This document shows, one piece after another, positions 36,001 through 46,300 of a stretch of DNA of 64,000 nt. The position numbers and the translations under genes are program-made. The notes beneath the pieces are model-generated. The model was not told where the DNA came from. It saw only the letters and a list, made by a program, of their open reading frames with translations, and did no database searches. The stretch's first letter is position 1. Every line of letters starts with the position of its first letter. Origin of the DNA: Eledone cirrhosa (taxonomy: Eukaryota); contig OZ024744.1 of assembly GCA_964016885.1 (NCBI GenBank), forward strand, positions 107,632,001 to 107,696,000. Direction: 5' to 3'.

Positions 36001-39000
36001 GATGTAGTGTCCAGTAGAGATAAGAGACTGGTTGTTGGATGGAGTGTCCAGTAGAGACAAGAGACTGGTTGTTGGATGGAGTGTCCAGTAGAGACAAGAG
36101 ACTGGTTGTTGGATGGAGTGTCAAGTAGAGACAAGAGACTGGTTGTTGGATGGAGTGTCCAGTAGAGACAAGAGACTGGTTGTTGGATGGAGTGTCCAGT
36201 AGAGACAAGAGACTGGTTGTTGGATGGAGTGTCCAGTAGAGACAAGAGACTGGTTGTTGGATGGAGTGTCCAGTAGAGACAAGAGACTGGTTGTTGGATG
36301 GAGTGTCTAGTAGAGACAAGAGACTGGTTGTTGAATGGAGTGTCCAGTAGAGACAAGAGACTGGTTGTTGGATGGAGTGTCCAGTAGAGACAAGAGACTG
36401 GTTGTTGGATGGAGTGTCCAGTAGAGACAAGAGACTGGTTGTTGGATGGAGTGTCCAGTAGAGACAAGAGACTGGTTGTTGGATGGAATGTCCAGTAGAG
36501 ACAAGAGACTGGTTGTTGGATGTAGTGTCCAGTAGAGACAAGAGACTGGTTGTTGGATGGAGTGTCCAGTAGAGACAAGAGACTGGTTGTCAGATGGAGT
36601 GTCAAGTAGAGACAAGAGACTGGTTGTTGGATGGAGTGTCCAGCAGAGACAAGAGACTGGTTGTTGGATGGAGTGTCCAGTAGAGACAAGAGACTGGTTG
36701 TTGGATGGAGTGTCCAGCAGAGACAAGAGACTGGTTGTTGGATGGAGTCTCCAGTAGAGACAAGGGACTGGTTGTTGGAAGGAGTGTCCAGTAGAGACAA
36801 GAGACTGGTTGTTGGATGGAGTGTCCAGTAGAGACAAGAGACTGGTTGTTGGATGTAGTGTCCAGTAGAGACAAGAGACTGGTTGTTGGATGGAGTGTCC
36901 AGTAGAGACAAGAGACTGGTTGTCAGATGGAGTGTCCAGCAGAGACAAGAGACTGGTTGTTGGATGGAGTGTCCAGTAGAGACAAGAGACTGGTTGTTGG
37001 ATGGAGTGTCCAGTAGAGACAAGAGACTGGTTGTTGGATGTAGTGTCCAGTAGAGACAAGAGACTGGTTGTTGGATGGAGTGTCCAGTAGAGACAAGAGA
37101 CTGGTTGTCAGATGGAGTGTCCAGCAGAGACAAGAGACTGGTTGTTGGATGGAGTGTCCAGTAGAGACAAGAGACTGGTTGTTGGATGGAGTGTCCAGCA
37201 GAGACAAGAGACTGGTTGTTGGATGGAGTGTCCAGCAGAGACAAGAGACTGGTTGTTGGATGGAGTCTCCAGTAGAGACAAGGGACTGGTTGTTGGAAGG
37301 AGTGTCCAGTAGAGACAAGAGACTGGTTGTTGGATGGAGTGTCCAGTAGAGATAAGGGACTGGTTGTTGGATGTAGTGTCCAGCAGAGACAAGAGACTGG
37401 TTGTTGGATGGAGTGTCCAGCAGAGACAAGAGACTGGTTGTTGGATGGAGTCTCCAGTAGAGACAAGAGACTGGTTGTTGGATGGAGTGTCCAGTAGAGA
37501 CAAGAGACTGGTTGTTGGATGGAGTGTCCAGTAGAGACAAGAGACTGGTTGTTGGATGGAGTGTCCAGCAGAGATAAGAGACTGGTTGTTGGATGGAGTG
37601 TCCAGTAGAGATAAGAGACTGGTTGTTGGATGGAGTGTCCAGCAGAGACAAGTGACTGGTTGTTGGATGGAGTGTCCAGTAGAGACAAGAGACTGGTTGT
37701 TGGATGGAGTGTCCAGTAGAGACAAGAGACTGGTTGTTGGATGGAGTGTCCAGTAGAGACAAGGGAGTGGTTGTTGGATGGAGTCTCCAGTAGAGACAAG
37801 AGACTGGTTGTTGGATGGAGTGTCCAGCAGAGACAAGAGACTGGTTGTTGGATGGAGTGTCCAGCAGAGACAAGAGACTGGTTGTTGGATGAAGTGTCCA
37901 GTAGAGACAAGAGACTGGTTGTTGGATGGAGTGTCCAGTAGAGACAAGAGACTGGTTGTTGGATGGAGTGTCCAGTAGAGACAAGAGACTGGTTGTTGGA
38001 TGTAGTGTCCAGTAGAGACAAGGTACTGGTTGTTGGATGGAGTGTCTAGTAGAGACAAGAGACTGGTTGTTGGATGGAGTGTCCAGCAGAGACAAGAGAC
38101 TGGTTGTTGGATGGAGTGTCCAGTAGAGACAAGAGACTGGTTGTTGGATGGAGTGTCCAGTAGAGACAAGAGACTGGTTGTTGGATGGAGTGTCAAGTAG
38201 AGACAAGAGACTGGTTGTTGGATGGAGTGTCCAGTAGAGACAAGAGACTGGTTGTTGGATGGAGTGTCCAGTAGAGACAAGAGACTGGTTGTTGGATGGA
38301 GTGTCCAGTAGAGACAAGAGACTGGTTGTTGGATGGAGTGTCAAGTAGAGACAAGAGACTGGTTGTTGGATGGAGTGTCCAGCAGAGACAAGGGACTGAT
38401 TGTTGGATGGAGTGTCCAGTAGAGACAAGGGACTGGTTGTTGGATGGAGTGTCCAGTAGAGACAAGAGACTGGTTGTTGGATGGAGTGTCCAGTAGAGAC
38501 AAGAGACTGGTTGTTGGATGGAGTGTCCAGTAGAGACAAGAGACTGGTTGTTGGATGGAGTGTCCAGTAGAGACAAGAGACTGGTTGTTGGATGGAGTGT
38601 CAAGTAGAGACAAGAGACTGGTTGTTGGATGGAGTGTCAAGTAGAGACAAGAGACTGGTTGTTGGATGGAGTGTCCAGTAGAGACAAGAGACTGGTTGTT
38701 GGATGGAGTGTCCAGTAGAGACAAGAGACTGGTTGTTGGATGGAGTGTCCAGTAGAGACAAGAGACTGGTTGTTGGATGGAGTGTCCAGCAGAGACAAGA
38801 GACTGGTTGTTGGATGGAGTGTCCAGTAGAGACTAGAGACTGGTTGTTGGATGGAGTCTCCAGTAGAGACAAGAGACTGGTTGTTGGATGGAGTGTCCAG
38901 TAGAGATAAGAGACTGGTTGTTGGATGGAGTGTCCAGTAGAGACAAGAGACTGGTTGTTGGATGGAGTGTCCAGTAGAGATAAGAGACTGGTTGTTGGAT

Positions 39001-41394
39001 GGAGTGTCCAGTAGAGACAAGAGACTGGTTGTTGGATGGAGTGTCCAGCAGAGATAAGAGACTGGTTGTTGGATGGAGTGTCCAGTAGAGATAAGAGACT
39101 GGTTGTTGGATGGAGTGTCCAGTAGAGACAAGGGACTGGTTGTTGGATGGAGTGTCCAGTAGAGACAAGAGACTGGTTGTTGGATGGAATGTCCAGTAGA
39201 GGCAAGAGACTGGTTGTTGGATGGAGTGTCCAGTAGAGACAAGTGACTGGTTGTTGGATGGAGTGTCTAGTAGAGACAAGAGACTGGTTGTTGGATGGAG
39301 TGTCCAGTAGAGACAAGAGACTGGTTGTTGGATGGAGTGTCCAGTAGAGACAAGAGACTGGTTGTTGGATGGAGTGTCCAGTAGAGACAAGAGACTGGTT
39401 GTTGGATGGAGTGTCTAGTAGAGACAAGAGACTGGTTGTTGAATGGAGTGTCCAGTAGAGACAAGAGACTGGTTGTTGGATGGAGTGTCCAGTAGAGACA
39501 AGAGACTGGTTGTTGGATGGAGTGTCCAGTAGAGACAAGAGACTGGTTGTTGGATGGAGTGTCCAGTAGAGACAAGAGACTGGTTGTTGGATGGAATGTC
39601 CAGTAGAGACAAGAGACTGGTTGTTGGATGTAGTGTCCAGTAGAGACAAGAGACTGGTTGTTGGATGGAGTGTCCAGTAGAGACAAGAGACTGGTTGTCA
39701 GATGGAGTGTCAAGTAGAGACAAGAGACTGGTTGTTGGATGGAGTGTCCAGCAGAGACAAGAGACTGGTTGTTGGATGGAGTGTCCAGTAGAGACAAGAG
39801 ACTGGTTGTTGGATGGAGTGTCCAGCAGAGACAAGAGACTGGTTGTTGGATGGAGTCTCCAGTAGAGACAAGGGACTGGTTGTTGGAAGGAGTGTCCAGT
39901 AGAGACAAGAGACTGGTTGTTGGATGGAGTGTCCAGTAGAGACAAGAGACTGGTTGTTGGATGTAGTGTCCAGTAGAGACAAGAGACTGGTTGTTGGATG
40001 GAGTGTCCAGTAGAGACAAGAGACTGGTTGTCAGATGGAGTGTCCAGCAGAGACAAGAGACTGGTTGTTGGATGGAGTGTCCAGTAGAGACAAGAGACTG
40101 GTTGTTGGATGGAGTGTCCAGTAGAGACAAGAGACTGGTTGTTGGATGTAGTGTCCAGTAGAGACAAGAGACTGGTTGTTGGATGGAGTGTCCAGTAGAG
40201 ACAAGAGACTGGTTGTCAGATGGAGTGTCCAGCAGAGACAAGAGACTGGTTGTTGGATGGAGTGTCCAGTAGAGACAAGAGACTGGTTGTTGGATGGAGT
40301 GTCCAGCAGAGACAAGAGACTGGTTGTTGGATGGAGTGTCCAGCAGAGACAAGAGACTGGTTGTTGGATGGAGTCTCCAGTAGAGACAAGGGACTGGTTG
40401 TTGGAAGGAGTGTCCAGTAGAGACAAGAGACTGGTTGTTGGATGGAGTGTCCAGTAGAGATAAGGGACTGGTTGTTGGATGTAGTGTCCAGCAGAGACAA
40501 GAGACTGGTTGTTGGATGGAGTGTCCAGCAGAGACAAGAGACTGGTTGTTGGATGGAGTCTCCAGTAGAGACAAGAGACTGGTTGTTGGATGGAGTGTCC
40601 AGTAGAGACAAGGGACTGGTTGTTTGTTGGAGTGTCCAGTAGAGACAAGAGACTGGTTGTTGGATGGAGTGTCCAGTAGAGACAAGGGACTGGTTGTTGG
40701 AAGGAGTGTCCAGCAGAGACAAGAGACTGGTTGTTGGATGGAGTGTCCAGTAGAGACAAGGGACTGGTTGTTGGAAGGAGTGTCCAGTAGAGACAAGAGA
40801 CTGGTTGTTGGATGGAGTGTCCAGTAGAGACAAGGGACTGGTTGTTGGAAGGAGTGTCCAGTAGAGACAAGAGACTGGTTGTTGGAAGGAGTGTCCAGTA
40901 GAGACAAGAGACTGGTTGTTGGATGGAGTGTCCAGTAGAGACAAGAGACTGGTTGTTGGATGGAGTGTCAAGTAGAGACAAGAGACTGGTTGTTGGATGG
41001 AGTGTCCAGTAGAGACAAGAGACTGGTTGTTGGATGGAGTGTCCAGTAGAGACAAGAGACTGGTTGTTGGAAGGAGTGTCCAGCAGAGACAAGAGACTGG
41101 TTGTTGGATGGAGTGTCCAGTAGAGACAAGGGACTGGTTGTTGGAAGGAGTGTCCAGTAGAGACAAGAGACTGGTTGTTGGATGGAGTGTCCAGTAGAGA
41201 CAAGAGACTGGTTGTTGGATGGAGTGTCCAGTAGAGACAAGAGACTGGTTGTTGGATGGAGTGTCAAGTAGAGACAAGAGACTGGTTGTTGGATGGAGTG
41301 TCCAGTAGAGACAAGAGACTGGTTGTTGGATGGAGTCTCCAGTAGAGACAAGGGACTGGTTGTTGGATGGAGTGTCCAGTAGAGACAAGGGACT
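1..41394. repeat. 37-bp tandem minisatellite/satellite array, consensus ACTGGTTGTTGGATGGAGTGTCCAGTAGAGACAAGAG, ~1,120 units, truncated by the left window edge
   Basis: Continuous 37-bp periodicity with no spacers. Variation is mostly recurrent single-base substitutions (AAGAG/AAGGG, CAGTA/CAGCA, TGTCC/TCTCC/TGTCT, GAGAC/GAGAT) with rare indels (1-bp GGTTTTGG variant; 7-bp deletion at ~8325). The array ends sharply at ...AAGGGACT|TATTTTTTAG (41394). Copy number is length/37. Confidence 0.99.
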
Positions 41395-42950
41395 TATTTT
41401 TTAGCCAGATGTCCCAGAGAGGTTCGTCAACAACCAATGTAGATGGTTGCTCGTATCATGAACATGAGCTTGTTGAAATGACCATAGGAGAGGTAGTGGA
41501 GGGGTCCCTAACTGAAGATGCTGGGCTGTTGGGCTCGGTGAAGGTGGTGGTGTTGGTGTTGAAGCTGTATGTGTGGAAGCAGGGTAGGGACCAGATGTGG
41601 GATCTAGGGAAGGAGTTGGGGGAAGAAGGGAGCCGTGGTTCAACTGGAGGCGGTGGAAGAGATGGGTAAAGAGGGGTGGTAGGTAAGGGGGATTCAGAAG
41701 GTGGGTGGACGATGTAGTGGAGTGAGGGAAGTGGTGCACTTGACTTCATGGATGCAAGTGAGGGTGGCTTGGACCAGGGTGGGAGGTTACCATGTAATGG
41801 GCCTGCATTTCAAAATCATTGGAGGTGGAGGAATTGAGAGTAGAGGATGGAGTGTTTGGTAGGAGTGGGGTAGGATGAGGTGGAGCTGATGAGGGAACAA
41901 TGGGAGGGGGTCAATGGAGAAAGATATGTGCAGGAAGTGGTTGGTTGGTGGTGGTGGTGGCAATGGAAGTGATAGATTTGGAGGTAAGGTGGAAGGAGCA
42001 GAGGAAAGAGAGAAAGGAGTTGAGCTGCTCCCATGAGAGTGATGTGATACCGATACAGTCGTCAATATAATGGGTGTATAGCTCGGGTATGGGGCCAGTG
42101 TATTGGACAAAGATTGAAGCTGAACATATCCAATGGATAGTTTGACATAGTCGGAGCCCATTCTTGTGCCCATGGCCATTCCAGTTACATGTTGGTAAAA
42201 CTCATCCGAGAAGGAAAAGCAGTTAAGGGTGAGGACCAGGCTGGCAAGGCGGATGAGGGTGGAGGTAGAGGGTTGAGAAGATGGGCGAAGGTCATGGAAG
42301 CATTGGAGGGCATGGAGGCCTTCAGATTTGGTGATGAACTTGTAGAGGGATTTTATGTCGAGAGAGAAAATGGGTGTGTGGCTGGGCCAGGTGGGGCGGA
42401 GTTGAAGGGCATGGTATCAGTGGGAAGAGAGATCAGCTAGTAGGGGTTGTGAGGATAGATTCAAGATAGGTAGAGATGGGTGGGGCTGTTTCAGGCGGAG
42501 TCAATTGGGCAACCAGAGGTGTCTGGTTTGTAGATTTGGGGGAATGGTGAGTGGACGATGAGGTTGTAGGAGATCGGCAGGTGTAAGGAGGAGACAAGTT
42601 GTTGTACAGTAGGGGATACTTGTTGCTGGTATTTAGTGGTGGGATCTGAGGGTGGAGTTGGTAGAAGAAGGGGGTTACAGAGCTGTCATAGAACCTCTGT
42701 CCATCATGTGGAACGCCACACAACCTCTGTCCCGCTTGTCTGTCAGATTGATGATGATGATGTCATCACTGCTTCAAGGTTGAGCGAAGGGCAGCGACTT
42801 CAACTCGAGAGATGGTTCTCCACTGAGAGTATTTATGGAATCTGAAGTGGTTTTTGTCGCTATGACAGTCATCAAAGAATGCGTCTAACATGCTGTCCAA
42901 ATGCCCAATGAGATGGTCATCAGACAGTGTCTAAGAAGCGGTCGTTAGAA
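41395..42950 (-). mobile_element. Degenerate Penelope-like retroelement (endonuclease-containing PLE): RT and GIY-YIG remnants with frameshifts, stops and deletions
   Basis: Hand translation of the minus strand across frames gives PLE motifs in the expected order: LDAFFDDCHSD..ISRVEVAALRS (~42900-42780); DIIIINLTDK..VVWR (the PADKG..VVW region); QIYKPD..GCPI; ISTYLESIL; FSLDIKSLYKFI..EGLHAL (~42370-42300); LTLNCFSF..GMAMGTRMG (ending ~42158); catalytic YIDD at 42058-42069 (GPIPELYTHYIDDCIG); thumb TSSYP..KHSILYSQFL; and IYIG at 41433-41441. Confidence 0.9.
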
Positions 42951-43320
42951 GCAGGAGGCCTTCAATTTGGTGCTTTCCCATACATTGGATCAGAAGCAAT
43001 GGTATTTAGTTGTTTTTGAACATGTACATGACTGATGTGGACCTGAGAACTAATATAAGCAGAAGATATATTGGAATTGTCTTTAAAGAATCTCAAATCT
43101 GTGTTAATTTAAATTTATCTCCCTCTATTTCATTCTCCCTAATCAGAAATGAATCACAGATCATGTCAATTCATTAACAAATATGTGTATCAAATTCTTT
43201 ATCTATCCACAAGAATCTTTGTTTTTCTTCCTACAATGATCAATAAACCTAATGAGATTTATGGAAATTTATTGCACTTCAATTACTTCAAACTGATGAA
43301 ATGCAGCAAAGTAAGAAGAA

Positions 43321-46300
43321 AACACTAGAGAGGTTGTCATATCATTGACAGGATGTACTGGGTGTATCACTAACACTAGAGAGGTTGTCATGTCATTGAC
43401 AGGGTGTACTGGGTATATCACCAACACTAGAGAGGTTGTCATGTCATTGACAGGGTGTACTGGGTATACTGGGTATATCACCAACACTAGAGAGGTTGTC
43501 ATGTCATTGACAGGGTGTACTGGGTATATCACCAACACTAGAGAGGTTGTCATGTCATTGACAGGGTGTACTGGGTGTACTGGATATATCACCAACACTA
43601 GAGAGGTTGTCATGTCATTGACAGGGTGTACTGGGTATAACACCAACACTAGAGAGGTTGTCATGTCATTGACAGGGTGTACTGGGTATACTGGGTATAT
43701 CACCAACACTAGAGAGGGTGTCATGTCATTGACAGGGTGTACTGGGTATATCACCAACACTAGAGAGGTTGTCATGTCATTGACAGGGTGTACTAGGTAT
43801 ATCACCAACACTAGAGAGGTTGTCATGTCATTGACAGGGTGTACTGGGTATATCACCAACACTAGAGAGGTTGTCATGTCATTGACAGGGTGTACTGGGT
43901 ATATCACCAACATTAGAGAGGTTGTCATGTCATTGACAGGGTATACTGGGTACACTGGGTATATCACCAACACTAGAGAGGTTGTCATGTCATTGACTGG
44001 GTATATCACCAACACTAGAGAGGTTGTCATGTCATTGACAGGGTGTACTGGGTGTACTGGGTATATCACCAACACTAGAGAGGTTGTCATGTCATTGACA
44101 GGGTGTACTGGGTATATCACCAACACTAGAGAGGTTGTCATGTCATTGACAGGGTGTACTGGGTATATCACCAACACTAGAGAGGTTGTCATGTCATTGA
44201 CAGGGTATACTGGGTATATCACCAACACTAGAGAGGTTGTCATGTCATTGACAGGGTGTACTGGGTATATCACCAACACTAGAGAGGTTGTCATGTCATT
44301 GACAGGGTGAACTGGGTATACTGGGTATATCACCAACACTAGAGAGGGTGTCATGTCATTGACAGGGTGTACTGGGTATACTGGGTATATCACCAACACT
44401 AGAGAGGGTGTCATGTCATTGACAGGGTGTACTGGGTGTACTGGGTATATCACCAACACTAGAGAGGTTGTCATGTCATTGACAGGGTGTACTGGGTGTA
44501 CTGGGTATATCACCAACACTAGAGAGGGTGTCATGTCATTGACAGGGTGTACTGGGTGTACTGGGTATATCACCAACACTAGAGAGGTTGTCATGTCATT
44601 GACAGGGTGTACTGGGTATATCACCAACACTAGAGAGGTTGTCATGTCATTGACAGGGTGTACTGGGTATATCACCAACACTAGAGAGGTTGTCATGTCA
44701 TTGACAGGGTGTACTGGGTATATCACCAACATTAGAGAGGTTGTCATGTCATTGACAGGGTGTACTGGGTATATCACCAACACTAGAGAGGTTGTCATGT
44801 CATTGACAGGGTATAGTGGGTATATCACCAACACTAGAGAGGTTGTCATGTCATTGACGGTGTATACTGGGTATATCACCAACACTAGAGAGGTTGTCAT
44901 GTCATTGACAGGGTATAGTGGGTATATCACCAACACTAGAGAGGTTGTCATGTCATTGACAGGGTATAGTGGGTATATCACCAACACTAGAGAGGTTGTC
45001 GTGTCATTGACAGGGTATAGTGGGTATATCACCAACACTAGAGAGGTTGTCATGTCATTGACAGGGTATAGTGGGTATATCAACAATACTAGAGAGGTTG
45101 TCATGTCATTGACAGGGTATAGTGGGTATATCACCAACACTAGAGAGGTTGTCATGTCATCGACAGGGTGTACTGGGTATATCACCAACACTAGAGAGGT
45201 TGTCATGTCATTGACAGGGTATAGTGGGTATATCACCAACACTAGAGAGGTTGTCATGTCATTGACGGTGTATACTGGGTATATCACCAACACTAGAGAG
45301 GTTGTCATGTCATTGAAAGGGTGTACTGGGTATATCACCAACACTAGAGAGGTTGACATGTCATTCACAGGGTGTACTGGTTATATCACCAACACTAGAG
45401 AGGTTCTCATGTCATTGACAGGGTGTACTGGGTATATCACTAACACTAGAGAGGTTGTCATGTCATTGACAGGGTGTACTGGGTATATCACCAACACTAG
45501 AGAGGTTGTCATGTCATTGACAGGGTGTACTGGGTATATCACCAACACTAGAGAGGTTGTCATGTCATTGACAGGGTGTACTGGGTATATCACCAACACT
45601 AGAGAGGTTGTCTTGTCATTGACAGGGTATACTGGGTATATCACCAACACTAGAGAGGTTGTCATGTCATTCACAGGGTGTACTGGGTATATCACCAATA
45701 GTAGAGAGGTTACCATGTCATTGACAGGGTGTACTGGGTATATCACCAACACTAGAGAGGTTGTCATGTCATTGACAGGGTGTACTGGGTATATCACCAA
45801 CACTAGAGAGGTTGTCATGTCATTCACAGGGTGTACTGGGTATATCACCAATAGTAGAGAGGTTACCATGTCATTGACAGGGTGTACTGGGTATATCACC
45901 AACACTAGAGAGGTTGTCATGTCATTGACAGGGTGTACTGGGTATATCACCAACACTAGAGAGGTTGTCATGTCATTGACAGGGTGTACTGGGTATATCA
46001 CCAACGCTAGAGAGGTTGTCATGTCATTGACAGGGTGTACTGGGTATATCACCAACACTAGAGAGGTTGTCATGTCATTGACAGGGTATACTGGGTATAT
46101 CACCAACACTAGAGAGGTTGTCATGTCATTGACAGGGTATACTGGGTATATCACCAACACTAGAGAGGTTGTCATGTCATTGACAGGGTGTACTGGGTGT
46201 ATCACCAACACTAGAGAGGTTGTCATGTCATCGACAGGGTGTACTGGGTATACTGGGTATATCACCAACACTAGAGAGGTTCTCATGTCATTAACAGAGT

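Noticed and set aside
139-41388. Giant repeat-protein genes (ORFs up to 1,975 aa) and many 66-aa plus-strand ORFs
   Set aside because: The same peptide appears in all three frames because the period is 37 bp. ORF limits are set by sporadic stop variants, and there is no unique domain or codon-position bias.
1-41394. CRISPR array (37-bp repeat length, weak internal palindrome)
   Set aside because: Units are head-to-tail with no unique spacers, there is no leader or cas gene, and the context is eukaryotic TEs.
41367-42845. Short plus-strand ORFs (41367, 42189, 42636), and likewise those at 63133, 63207 and 63641
   Set aside because: They are antisense shadows of the PLE and LINE coding sequences.
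43236-43316. Possible small host exon ending at a GTAAG donor
   Set aside because: Only about 25 codons, no recognisable protein similarity and no convincing acceptor; it cannot be supported without RNA data.
43293-43325. Hammerhead ribozyme core CTGATGA...GAAA near the Penelope element (also a minus-strand CTGATGA at 42917-42923)
   Set aside because: No stem II closes between the boxes, and the + strand copy is antisense to the PLE. The minus-strand copy has no downstream GAAA and lies in decayed ORF sequence.
41300-43400. Common ancestry of the 37-bp and 51-bp units (shared TAGAGA, GGTTGT, ACTGG)
   Set aside because: Only 5-6 bp words are shared with no colinear alignment, and the 37-mer is better explained by the PLE.
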